A stretch of DNA of 64,000 nt from Antedon mediterranea (taxonomy: Eukaryota > Animalia > Echinodermata): positions 28,430,912-28,494,911 of the forward strand of contig NC_092675.1 in the NCBI RefSeq assembly GCF_964355755.1, given 5' to 3'. A model generated the notes under the pieces. The model saw only the letters and a program-made list of their open reading frames with translations, did no database searches and had not been told where the DNA came from. Below, piece by piece: positions 41,190 through 53,982 of this stretch. Both the position numbers and the translations under genes were made by a program. Numbering within the stretch: position 1 is the stretch's first letter; each line of letters opens with the position of its first letter.

Positions 41190-42055
41190 TTAAGGAATAA
41201 AGTAGAAACAGACATGGGTTACTGTGGTTGAACCATGGACATTGGGATTAGAAGGAACGTCTTTTAACCATCTAGTGTACGGCTCTTCTGACCATCCTGC
41301 GACCCGTAATATTTCCATATTAATATAGGCCTATATTATTTGAAATGTTTAATATTTTTTTATAGGTTTATAATTTAAAGTCAAGGTCAACAAGAAGGAT
41401 TATAAAGCATACAAATAATCCCTCGATAATTTTGCTAATTTGTATTGACATTATTTTCTTATTATGATAACCAAAACACAACTTTGAAAATAATGAGTTT
41501 GAATACATTAATACATCCGCAATTCAATTACCGTATTTTTCAATCAAGATTTTCAATTTAAAAGATAGCTATAAAATAGGCCAATAACCCTAATTAAACG
41601 TCAATGCCTAATTAAATATAATCATTAACTATCACGAACACGCATTCGGACTCTTCTCGATTGATGTTGATAGAATAATTAACAATAACTTTGATGTAAA
41701 CCAGGCCTAGGCCAATCTTGTGTTTCTGGTTCGGAATCATCGCGACAAAGTGTCTCAGAGGGCAGGATTTCCGTTCTAACCAGTATCTGTGGGTTAGGCC
41801 TAACAGGTCTAACCTTCACCGGGTATATGTTTAATAAGGAACAGACTAAACCATATAGAAAAAAACTCACAAATAGATTTTATGAATTCGTACAATAGTC
41901 CCATGATTTGTTACAAATCAGGGCATCATTTTATTGACCCTATCAACAATTATATAACGTTCACACAAAATTGTTTTTTTAGAATTTCACTAAAGAACCT
42001 TTGAAAATCGTGAGAGCACAAGAATCTCGAGTGTTTAATACAGTCAATATGTTTA

Positions 42056-42215
42056 AGCTCTGTTCCCACTATCAAACTAGTCGGACAAAAAAGTGTGATG
42101 TGCCCAAATGTGGTAGTTATATGCCCAAATATGGTAGTGATATGACATCATCATGTTGTCCATTGGACACATCGCATTTTTTTGTCACATAAAGTTTGAT
42201 AGTGTAGACAACACT
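42056..42215. mobile_element. MITE family C
   Basis: AGCTCTGTTCCCACTATCAAACT ... AGTTTGATAGTGTAGACAACACT with TTA on both sides. Confidence 0.8.
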
Positions 42216-44974
42216 TTAGGCCAGGTCTATTTCAGCATTTTTAACAACAGTGATAATAAAATTATGATACGAAAGTTTAATCTATAGGATGACACACGTC
42301 ACGCGTATAGTATATCAATGATTTAAGATGTATCTATGCCCAAAATGTCAAAACAAGTAATAACACTGATCATGTTTACCTCGTTATTTAGGCCCATAAA
42401 TCAATTGATTATCATTAAGCCGGACAAAATGTATTTTTACGTCGTCGTGGGAGGCCCATAATGATACGGATATTTATATTTTGGGCCTAAATCATTCAAC
42501 ACTAACATTTATAACTATAGCAATGAGTCCTAAAGTTAATACAGTATACTTGAATCAACCTTTATTATGCAATGGAAATAAAATAACTTATCCATAGCTG
42601 TGCACCGTTTGTATATGGTCTCATGGACGGTATTAATGTCTTGGAGGGGTGTTGACACTTTTCGTGTCATCTCTCCATCGGAAAATGGCCTATGTCGGTT
42701 TATCCAGGTAGGATAGAAACAAGCACCGAAAATCGAATAATAACTGTAAATAACATAGTAAACAGTAGGCCATATGGAAAGTTGAAACAGAAATGGAGTA
42801 ACTGTAACAATATATAACAATGTCTGTAACAAGGTCTGACTAAATCAATGTTTTTTAAATATGTGTTTTGTCTTATGATTTATTCTAGGCTGATTATTTT
42901 TTAGCATGTTCTTATATAAAGTGTGTGGTATAGACCCGCATAATAAACGAATACATTTTCAAAGTGCTCCTACTAGTATAAGGTGAATAAGAAAAAAAGA
43001 ACAATTTTTGATTTCAGAATACATTAAACACTACAATTAAACTACAATTCATGAGAATCTTCGTCACTTTCAACGAATTGTGTAAAATTTTTTTTATTTT
43101 ATTTTTTCCCCTGACTAACACGGTAAAGCAAGTCTGTCTATTCATTTACATTCATTTACATTCAATGACACCTGGCCAGCTGTTCACCTGTAATTACTAA
43201 CAACCATCGTGATAAATGGTTAATAAGGCTAAACGACTAGATAAGAGACTTAACTCTCTTAATCATAAAAAATAAGGGTCGCCCAAGTACCATCATAATC
43301 CCCTTCCTATTAGTTTTGACAGGTATGGTTTCTTTGCATTTTTTCAAGGTACCTCATCGAATCAAGTACTTTTCCACTAGAATATATACTCGCCAAAATG
43401 GGTCCCACGAGAGGAGTGGATGTGAATTTGTAACTAGCAAACGTCTTTCCTGATTCTAATAAAATGGCCAGGATGTATTTCAACAGCTTGTCACCTGAGT
43501 AACCCAATAAGTAACTTTCATAATGTTAGGCATCACCTGTGGAAAGATTGAGATAAGAACGCCGCCGAACAAAACCTCAATTCTCCTCTCACTTTTCCTT
43601 TCAATCAAACGCTTGACAACTGTTAGTTTCTGAGATTTTGTATTCTATGAGGCTAACGTATCCATGTGACCCTTTATTACGTTTGGCTAATGGCTACTCT
43701 GTGACTTAGTTTTAAAACTTTGTTTTAGTAAACACTGAATTCAACAACAAAATTGTTTTTACATTATTATTTTGACACATGTCTTTGTAGAAAGGTAATT
43801 GTTTTTAGTATTAACATCACTATCAAATAAAAGTTTCAGTTTGACTAACCACTGGTGGCGCTCTATAATGCAAATAACTTTGAAATACTGATTTAGAAAA
43901 ACATGTAATGTTCATATAATTGTTATGTTAGAAAAACATTATTAAACGTAAATAATAAACCATTTTGTACGTATATTAAATGAATGAGTTAATTGAATAC
44001 AGCATCTTATACCAATACACCTGCATTTTAATTAGGCAGTGAATGCTCGTATACTCGGTGTAGTGAATCAGAATACACCATCGAATCAAGGAATTCCTTT
44101 GAATTCCATTGAGATTGGTGACGTCGGCATTCTTTGTGTGCCTATGTACGTTGATGGTGATAATAATGTTAGGCCTAGAATATGTTTATAAATTCAGCGT
44201 AAAACTAAACGAATACAACCTACCGTAATTATAACGTAATTTTAGTACGTATTTCTATGGGGTAAATCCAATTCAGTATTCTTGAATTCGTGTAATGGTA
44301 TCCGGCATGTTAGACATTGATGCATTTTACAACAACGGTTTTCACTAACCGCTTGACTGCCACATACCGTATATGTTACGTAATTTACTGTAGCAGGTGC
44401 CTAGTCAAATAAGGTCTTAAAAATAAAATAGATTCAGTATTGTCCAGGTTGTAATAAATCCAATAAATGTGATTGGTCAAGATAGTGATGTAGGTCTATT
44501 TATTGTTTTTAAATTAGACCACCACTATCGGTCTTAACAAAAATCGAATATTACCATTAACAACAACCGGCCTCTGCCAAATTCAAATGGTATACGTCAC
44601 AAAAAAAAATCACGGCAGTGAAAAAATACAATTACGGTGTTACAGAATAATTTAAAAAACTATTTATCCCTTTATTTGTATACATTTTGGAAATACGAGT
44701 GTATTTTTTTCATACTAACAAGAATTCATAGAGAAGATGAGTTCCATGTTTTAGGAACCTGCTACACAAGAAGTACCCATATGCTTCGAATAATCTATAA
44801 CATGAACAGATAATTTGCAACATATTTAATTGCAGATTGAAAACAAAGATTAGTCCACGAAAATACCTGTTTTATTCACTTTAACAAAGCGAATATTCAA
44901 ACTGTCTGATAATTTATTTGATGCAAACAGTTTGGATTTATATATTACAAATATTATTTATTTATTTCTTTCAG

Positions 44975-45930
44975 AATCTACTTGCACTGACAAGCACATG
45001 TTTCTTATAAAGTTGAAACCAAAAGGCGAAAAGAAGAATATCCTTAAATCTGAGCTTTACATAAGTAATCGAAAACCGCTACAACCGTCGCAATTTAAAA
45101 ATACCAACATGAGCGAACTTGTAATAATGGCCTACGATGTACAAGATAATGACAACTGCGCCAAAATCGGTACGTTTTCGTTAGCTGAGTTTGGGGGCGA
45201 AGGATGGCAAACGCTTGACATAACATCACTTCTTTCACAACTCACCGAAGAATTAACGAAGAAAGCAGTATTGGGACTAACATTCAAAGTAAAAAGCAAA
45301 AGGTCTGATGAAAATAACGAAATTGATTATAAAAACGACTGGTGGAATAAGTTGATGTCAAAGAAAAAAATGTTGCAGAAGCGAGGACGACCATTTATTC
45401 TTGTTCACGTAGAAGACAAGTCTGTGGATACATCCCTGACGTCACCACCATTTCAACGATTATCAGAAACCGTGACAAGCGCCATCAACAGTCGATCAGC
45501 AAGGAGTGTTTTTGTTCCAAACCCAAAGCCAATCAACGAATCAAATTATTACACGTATAATATGATGTCCAACGAATATCCAATGGCACCTGTTGAAGTT
45601 GTAAAAGCACCAGAACAAAAATTTCCCGAATTTCTTGACCAAAATTCCAGGCGAAGGAAAGAGAGAAAAAACAAAAAACGTAAAAACAGGCGAAAGAATG
45701 GAATTGCTCCTTTTGGTGGTGAAGATACCAAACCTTTATCAAATGATGCAGAACAAATTGTTAATCTGCAAAAGACTGAAAATGAAGGATACAAAAACAC
45801 AGAAGGACTATGCTCAGTTAGAAAATTGAGTGTTAATTTCAAAGATCTTGGTTGGGATAATTTTGTGATTGCTCCAGACTTGTTCACACCTAACTATTGT
45901 GCAGGCTCCTGTCCGTATCCACTTCAAAAG
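44975..45930 (+). CDS. BMP3: BMP3/GDF10-like ligand, coding exon 2 (prodomain, furin site, first half of cystine knot)
   Basis: Acceptor tttctttcag|aa. Prodomain motifs NILKSELY, GWQTLDIT and RPFILV. RSAR furin site at 45493-45504. SNEYP resembles NNELP of vertebrate BMP3. Mature domain CSVRKLSVNFKDLGW...IAP...YCAGSCPYPLQK ends at AAG|GTAATA in phase 0. Confidence 0.88.
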
Positions 45931-46191
45931 GTAATACAGGCAAAGATTATATCATCTTTGATACAGTAACAAGCATGATTATAAAAAAAAACATTCATTA
46001 ATATTGTATATTTTCAATTTTAGTTAACAAATTGATCATTCGCCTTATTGATCAAAAGTTCATAAACTTTTCAATTTTGGATTTGAAAACAGTCACTCTC
46101 TAAAAAAAACCTGGATAAATACTTTTTATCATGACTGATTTTCATATGGGGGTCTTACGAGAAAATAAATACTACAATATTCCATTGATAA

Positions 46192-46325
46192 GCCTGGTTC
46201 CCACTAGGATACAACGCAAGAGGAGTAAGCGCAACTCATTTACGTAATGTGACCAATCATGACACGATGGATCATCATCTATCACGTAGTGATTGATCAG
46301 ATCACTTGCGTTGCCCTTACGTTCG
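46192..46325. mobile_element. Partial family A MITE in BMP3 intron 2
   Basis: AGCCTGGTTCCCACTAG terminus plus GACCAATCA and CACTTGCGTTGC family motifs. Confidence 0.6.
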
Positions 46326-46530
46326 GTCAACTGTTAAAAGTAACTTTTACGCTCATTTGTTTTTGTTTTTAATATTTATTGCTATCCATAATATCCACAA
46401 TATCATAAATTTTTTTTTTAAATTAACAAAATCATACAGATACCCTACCACCACTACAAAGCGTATACTACCGGCATTCTTAATTATTATACTTATTTAT
46501 ATCTTCGAAATATTTCTTCTTTTTTTTTAG

Positions 46531-46716
46531 TCACTGAATCCTACAAATAACGCACTGATCTTGGGCATGGTGAAGTCAATGGGGATCCCAGTGCCGGCGC
46601 CTTGCTGTGTACCAACCAAAATGTCATCAATCAGTATTGTATATTTGGACGATGAATCGAATGTATCACTGCGCAACTATCCAAACATGCAAGTGGAGTC
46701 GTGCGGTTGTATGTAG
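46531..46716 (+). CDS. BMP3: BMP3/GDF10-like ligand, coding exon 3 (C-terminal cystine knot; absent from the ORF track)
   Basis: After a strong polypyrimidine-AG acceptor it reads SLNPTNNALILGMVKSMGIPVPAPCCVPTKMSSISIVYLDDESNVSLRNYPNMQVESCGCM*. The K|SL intron position matches vertebrate BMP3 (PMPK|SLKPSNHA, recalled). Spliced CDS is 1431 nt = 476 aa plus stop. Confidence 0.9.
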   Translation, partial: SLNPTNNALILGMVKSMGIPVPAPCCVPTKMSSISIVYLDDESNVSLRNYPNMQVESCGCM

Positions 46717-49314
46717 CCTGCGCATGGATATCGCGACTCTGCAGTTTTCATTATTGGACAACCATAAGAGAGATTTCTCTCTGCAGTATCAAAATCTACA
46801 TGGACACAATGTTTTCTAGTGCAGAGCCTGATATCTTCAACAGTATTACAATTTATATTGATCTGTTAGAAAAAGTTACCTCATAAAATAAACTGGAAGT
46901 GCTTAAGTCGATGTGCGCATGTCTGTTGTGACCGTTTGTCACTGCCATATTGTATCGCTTTGTCCTAATCTCCAACTCCATCTCTGTGTGTTTCTATATT
47001 TAAGATTTTAAAATAAATTTAATTATTATGAAGTAGATTCTTTATAAAAAAAATATGTTAAAAGTGCTTATTAATTTAAATTATCAGCATTGCCCAGTTT
47101 GTCGCACTTTTGTGAAAACTAAATTGTATGTATAACTGCTAAAATTTAACTTATTTCAAAAACACTTATATAATAAATTTGTACAAGTGATATTGTATTA
47201 TGTAATAAGTACACTCTCCGATATGAAAATAAATGTATTAAATTTGTACACAAGAAAAAACATTTTATAACTTGTAATAAAAAATTAAAGAAAATTGTAT
47301 AAAATGCTAAGGCTTACTTCTGTAATTTAGCGCCTTTTATGGAATCTAACAAAAATGTGCTTTTTGTCTAGGGTGTAACAATGAAGGTATTACAATAGGC
47401 CAACTTTAAATATCTATAACAGGTTTAAATAGCCTATTTAGTTTATTGAGAGGACTACCGTATTTCATGGAAAAGAAAAAATAGAAAAATTTTTAGGTAA
47501 ATTTAAATATTGTAAATTGTATGAACTATAAATAAATAATGACGTAATCCTTGTAAATGATCGAGTGAGTTTTTTATGTTGCCTACGACTATACCCACCA
47601 ATATTGTTTTTCAATGCAAATTTATCAACAAAAACAAAAATTGTTTCTTAGAATTATAAGCTTCGAAAGTTTATACTGTAGCATATTTATAAATAAAATG
47701 AATTTTAACAATGTAAGTCTGAATCGATTGTGGGTGGGTGATAGAGTTATTGATTCAGCTGCTATGTGATTTGATGAACGAAATATGTAATATGGAGTAA
47801 AGAATCTAGAATTGAAAGTATTTGTATATGATAGCATTAGATACATTTGAAATTATCGAAGTATAAAAACTACTAAGATATTTATTCCAACGACAGTTTA
47901 GATTTAGGTATATATTATATACTTATTTGATTGTAATAAAATTTAATCCTTTGTCTTGTAAATTGTTGTTTCTATTTTCTCTTTTTTCTTCTTTAAAAGT
48001 TGAGATCCACCATAGTGACAAAATTTGGCAAAACTATCTCATTTTACCCATCTAGAATCTAAGCATTATTGTTATGCATCATTTCCGAAAAATTTAGCAT
48101 GATGTTAAATAGCAATTTTGTATGCGTATTTTGGAAAAGTAATATTATATTTTTAAAATCTTTAGCATAATTTCCAGTCAAATCTAACATTTGTCGAAAA
48201 CACAATAACCCATTTTTATGTCAAATCTAGCATTTGTCGAAGATACAACTTTTTTTTGATAGATCAGACCTCTTGTACAATGAAGGTATTGATGAAAATT
48301 GGGCATTTATATCAAGTTTCAGTACGTCTAGCATAATTGTGTGCTGTATCTGACATTATCTGTCCAATCACTGGCCACCCTGGATTCCACATAAGCACTA
48401 TTTGATTTTGTTTATCTTCTAGTAACTTCAACGGGACAATGAAACAGCCTGGTTTACAAGTATTGGTGAATCCAAAAATGAATTGATTCCATGTGCGCAT
48501 GCGTTAATAAATGTAGCATGAACCTCGATCACCACCGGGACCTTGTCTTTTCTCGCTTTCTTTTGATAAGTGGTTCGGAATTGTTACGGCATGCAGCATT
48601 ATAACAACCGATTAAACTAACTCACAGACACTAAGATCTATATACATTTATCATCGCGTGTCAACTATTAAAATGTGTGTTCCTCGTGCGGAACAACTAA
48701 ATCAAATTATTGTTGAAGTTAAAGTTTAGTGCGTGTTCCGACACAACGTATTATTAGATCTGCCGTCTGTTGTAATTGCCTTGTTTAAATCAAACTCATT
48801 CAACATTAAGATCTATTTCAACCCTAATGGAATTATAATGTAGGCTACAAATTGATTGGTAATTCATCTTAAATTCATCATCTGTTTACAATCGAATTTT
48901 AATTGCTAGAAATTTAGACATTTTTTCACAATCGGAAAACCAAACGTCTGAAACTTTTGAATTGTGACCAGGATATCAGTACATTGAATAGTATAGTTTA
49001 TTTGTAGATCTAGAAAACTCAGATATATTTGAGATCCGAGTTTTCTAGATCTGAGTTTCTAGGCACCCTATAGTTTACGTTCTTTCCTCAGTTTCAAAAT
49101 GTCAATTTGACTGCGCCACTTTATTTGCTATTTTCACATCCTCAAATTCCAATTATTAATTCAAAATTTTCAGATACATTATATTAAGATGTCATATTTA
49201 TTTCACCACCAGACATTATCTAAAATGAAACCTTGTTCGGATACTGAATCATTTCGAGTGACTTCGGTATTTACAAAACATTTTTTATAATAAAACACAG
49301 GGAACACTTTCTTT

Positions 49315-49640
49315 AGAGAAGCTTCACTGGTTTCCTGTTGTGTAGAGAATCTCATTTAAGATTATGTTGCTTATATACAAAGCCATACACAACTCTTCAC
49401 CAACATTCATAAAGAACTTATCAAATTATAATATGCTCCTAAAAGAACTCGGAGGTCTTCTTCTGGGTCTAATCTCTTACACTCTGTCCGCCCTTCTACA
49501 CAGTTTTATAGAAGTCGCTCATTCATCTGTGCCTCAGTTGCTCTTTTGAACGACTTACCACCTGCAATTCAACAAGCATCCACCATCGTTACATTCAAAC
49601 AATTATTAAAAACTCGTTTTTTAAAAGTTATCTTTTGACT
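49315..49640 (+). mobile_element. Decayed L2/CR1-type LINE ORF2 C-terminus
   Basis: Reading across stops and frameshifts gives LHWFPV..RISFKIMLLIYKAIH..SP...NDLPPAIQQASTIVTFKQLLKTRFF, the typical LHWLP/RIxFK/WNxLP/FKxxLKTxLF end of L2-clade RT. Followed by a roughly 55-bp tandem duplication. Confidence 0.8.
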
Positions 49641-50721
49641 AATTTTTCACTGTCTATTTTTGTTTTAATCATTTTTTAAAAGTTATCTTTTGACTAATTG
49701 TTCACTGTCTATTTTTGTTTTAATGTAAAGTCTGATTTATTATTATTATTGAAGATTTTGATTAGCAATAAATTCTGATCAATCTAGGAAGTGGGAAACA
49801 TATTTGAATTGTGTTTTTTGGCTATACCATTTGATAATGTGTAGCAGTGAGGTGGTACTGTACTCGAAAATATTCTTTGAAATAGTAGTATAGCACAAAC
49901 AACATGAAGAGAAGACAAGTTACTTGATAGTGATCACATTCTATTCCATTATACAGCAATCTATGTAACACCCTATGTCAGTCACTATTACATATACGTA
50001 CAATTGTTATGTATATACAATATACAATTCTACAAAATACAGTTTACAATAAAATACTTGAAGAAATCCTAGAATTACGGCCGCAATTCGGCCGCACTGT
50101 AGTAGTCTTTACACTCGTTATAATATTAAGAAAAAATAGGTTTGGATTATTCGAATATTTTTCAGTTATTTACAAATCAATGTAATCTTTATCGTCAAAA
50201 ATATTTCCCTAGTCTCCATTAATACCATCAACTGTATTCCAAATGTTCAGGTCAAAGGTTAACTTGAAAAAAGCCTTTTAAAATATTGAATAAAATATAA
50301 TATTTAAAATGCAAATACGATAAATATAACTCAGAGGAGGAAGCAATTTTTTATAACTAATTTTAAATACACTGATGCATATAATCAAAATCATAAATTA
50401 ATAGTATAAATCATATTTAAAACACACAAAAATGTAATGATTTTACATATTTGTTTACTACTAGGCTACTACTGGTAAACATATTATCATTTAAAACAAA
50501 ATAATATTTTCAATGTGAGAAACATTTAAATTATTTATTAATTAAATATTATACAATAGAACAGCTTTATGTTAAAGCATTTATGTGACAGAGGTTAGTT
50601 GAATGCGAAATGCCTGTGCCTGATAAACCTGTGTCTTTCATGTTGATTGGCTAAACTATGTATGGGCATGCACGCATTTGCTCTGTATTAATTGTACTTT
50701 CATGGCAAGGTACTCTACGTA

Positions 50722-50851
50722 CGCTTGGTTCCAACTTGGTCACAACGCAAGGACGTAATTTGACGCGATGAATCCACAAAACTGTGATTGGTAAGCGCAC
50801 TAACGTTGCACGTACATAATTGTGTTATGTACAACAAATGGGAACCAAGCT
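50722..50851. mobile_element. Degenerate family A MITE
   Basis: GCTTGGTTCCAA ... TGGGAACCAAGCT termini. Confidence 0.65.
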
Positions 50852-51327
50852 TTACATTTAGAAATTCATAAGAAATACTACTCATATACTAGATATCCAT
50901 TATATGAATTACATAAACTTCAAAATCTATCATTGTTGAACAAGTAAAGAAGAAATTAGTTGAGACTAGAATTAATTCATCCGTGGTGTAGTAATATAAT
51001 TATAGTTTAAAACCATGCTTGCTCTGAGCAAAGCAATGTGTATTAAATACAAACATTTTAACTCAAATTTATTTATTTTAAATAGTATGCACCCTGATAT
51101 TAGGTTAATTTGTTGGCAGTTACCAGTTAAGTTAAAGAAAAATTCAAAAAAATTTGAATTGATAAATGGGGCTAATCTCTGTCTAAGCAAATTGTCGATA
51201 AAAAATAAAATGCATTTGGCAAAAGCTGACAATATAAATAACATCTGGAAATGAGAGAAAGCAGCATATATATTAAAGGCTAGTTGAAGCTTGCACAAAT
51301 CAATTGGAAATACATACGGTAGTCTAA

Positions 51328-51482
51328 GCTTGGTTCTCACTAGGACGCTACACAATGTCGTAGTCGCAATCCAGGTTGACCAATCACAAGCAATAGTTTG
51401 GAAGATCTATCGTGTTGTGATTGGTTCAATTATTTATGGTGAGATTATGTCCTTGTTTTGCAATCGAGTGGGAAACAAACTT
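51328..51482. mobile_element. Degenerate family A MITE
   Basis: AGCTTGGTTCTCACTAG ... GTGGGAAACAAACT, with internal TTGACCAATCACAA / TTGTGATTGGTT. Confidence 0.65.
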
Positions 51483-53086
51483 AAGCAATGAAATAGAGTC
51501 AATATTTTCACATTATGGCATCATGAAAAGTATGACGATGATAATCACAAAACTGGACACACTAATTCCAAAACCGGACACCCTTGGTGCAAATCTGGAC
51601 TCCCTTGGTCAAGAATTGGACACGCTTGATCCTAGCTAAAACACTTCTCAGAATGCAATTCATATTAAAAATAAATAATTAAGGATTAGGAGTATAAGAA
51701 AATTTTGTTTTGGGGAGGGTTGACCATAGTAAAATAGCATTTATTTCATTTACAACATAATTAAATTAATGAAATAGGCAGTATACTTATGTTGTCTCTA
51801 CTAGGTAAATGTATTAAGTACAGTAAACCACCTTTCAAATTCATTTCAAAATATACAGTTTTAAATCACTTACAGACATACAGTCATATCATATCTGACA
51901 TGAATTTAAACAATTTATGTATATAAATTAAATAACTAAAATTAGCCATGGTTTAAAATGAGGTTTTAAGATTTACATAGCAGTTATAATAAATTGAAAA
52001 TGTACACAAATGTATATTTTGTAAGACACAAGATGGTACAGTATTTTACATTTGCAGTTAATGCATATTTACATCTGATCAATCAGTTTGTGTTACTAGC
52101 AGATTCTTGGTACTGTATCTAAATTTAACCAGTATCATAGGCACATCAGTGATACAGTACGTCAAATGAAACACACATCACACCTGTATCACAGATCATA
52201 ACCTAACTTTTCATGCTACAGACATCACATGTGAAGCACATGGGATGCTGTATTACAGAATTTGCATATGACACTCTCTTAAACTCTCTTACACTCTCAG
52301 TAGGAATCATGGCTACAGGTTTTTCAAAAGCCTGTAGCCATGATTTCTACAGTGGCAACCAAGCGTAAGCAAACGATAGAGACCGAATAACAATAAATTA
52401 ATATAAAAGATTGTTTTAGGGTTAGCCTAGTAGAAATTGTCATGTTTTGTCATGAGCTAGTCCAATTTTTTTCTTTTTTCAGGTTACACTATGAACACCC
52501 CTGACTACAAGCTTAGAGTGTACTATACACACAAAAAATTTGGTAATTGGTGTACAACTTGTATTGAAAAGAATTTTGTGTAATAATAAAAATCCCCCCA
52601 AAAAATTCCAAAGATCTCTTACCCAAGTTGTTGCAAGGATTTAAGATTTGTAAAAATTTAGTTCTATAGAGAAAATAAAAAATGTCTCAGTTCTGTCCAA
52701 TGATGTTACAAAAACACTTGTATTGGTCCTGGTTCTTGCAAAATACGTCATAGTACCAAGCAATGAATAACCTACATTGATGAATTACTGGCATAGTGCT
52801 TCATGATTAACCACTCATTGGTGGCAAATTGGGCTGTGAACACAACGAGGAAAAACACGCCTTCTTTCCTACCCACTCACCACGGCCAATCAAAATTAAA
52901 TAAATAAAAATCCAAATGAGCAGAAGTGCTGAGGGTACAATGTTACTAACTAAGCTTACACAAATATGTAAATTAGTAAATAATGTAAAGATGTGGAGTC
53001 CCACTTGCATCTTCTGTCGCCCTAGTATCATACGAGTTAATTTTATCAATTAGGAGTCACTCCCAACATACCTAACCTATTCTTCA

Positions 53087-53279
53087 TCATATGCTACCAT
53101 TTCCTTTCGTCTTTCCGGCTGATTCTATGATTTGCATTAGACATCGGCCGAACTCCTCTAAAATGAGCTGTTCTCCTATATGGGGCAAGTCGCCGTTCCT
53201 CTCCGTCTCCTCAGCCTGGGCTAATAAACACTGACAGGTGGCTTCAGCAACATCGTTTGTTATAAATGAATAAGGTAAT
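53087..53279 (-). CDS. LIN54: LIN54 last coding exon
   Basis: LPYSFITNDVAEATCQCLLAQAEE...ILEEFGRCLMQIIESAGK, the conserved LIN54 C-terminus, with TGA stop. Spliced CDS is 2010 nt = 669 aa plus stop. Confidence 0.95.
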
Positions 53280-53737
53280 CTGAACAGTAAATAAAATGAT
53301 AACAATTTAATGTTTTGTATTCTATTCTCAATATTACCAATATAAACTATTATACAAATATTGCCTACTTAGAGGTGAAATATAAGATTTGATTTCCACA
53401 AGGGAATGATATTTTGCTCGAGGGAATATATATTCATGAGATATCATTCCCTGAGTCAATATCAAACTCCTGGAGAATTTACTAGATTTTATATGTTTAA
53501 TGACAGGGACACGATAATCACGCAAAAATTAATTAACAATCCTCGCAGCAGTAGTATTGTGATGCAGTTTTATCCAAACATGTTTACGTATTTATATAGG
53601 CTGTAATATAAGCAAATAATAATTGAAATCCATAATTATTAATTTTGTAATACGTGCTTGGTTTTTGTCTTCTGCTTTCTTTATTAAACCCTTTTGAATT
53701 TATTGATGTATAAATCAACAGCCAATTCTCGGTGCAG

Positions 53738-53905
53738 TATCTATTTCCAAAGTATCATAGGAATATTTGGTAATACAACATCACATGTGTTTCACATGTA
53801 TTTAGTAGTAACCTAACCCTTAACCTTACATGATACAGGCACAGCATGTGATATAAATCAGATGCTGTATTACCAAATATTCCTATCATACTTCGGAAAT
53901 AGATA
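53738..53905. mobile_element. Palindromic repeat family D with a central telomere-like TAACC(C)T motif
   Basis: About 45-bp inverted arms around TAACCTAACCCTTAACC. Related degenerate copies near 19480-19640, 31490-31575, 38860-38930 and 52097-52270. Confidence 0.65.
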
Positions 53906-53982
53906 GTATGTGGAGATAAAGAAATGGGAATCGGGTGATATCAAAGTAGAAATTAAATGAAAATTAATTATTTTTTTTAATA

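Noticed and set aside
44932-44974. N-terminal extension of the 345-aa ORF (and its tail at 45931-45969)
   Set aside because: Intronic sequence outside the splice sites.
45533-45887. Antisense and alternative-frame ORFs over BMP3 exon 2
   Set aside because: Shadow ORFs of the real coding exon.
46887-47540. Several AATAAA hexamers after the BMP3 stop
   Set aside because: Too frequent in this AT-rich sequence to pick the true poly(A) signal.
49006-49052. Small palindrome AGATCTAGAAAACTC / GAGTTTTCTAGATCT
   Set aside because: Short and intergenic with no supporting context; probably a local fold-back duplication.
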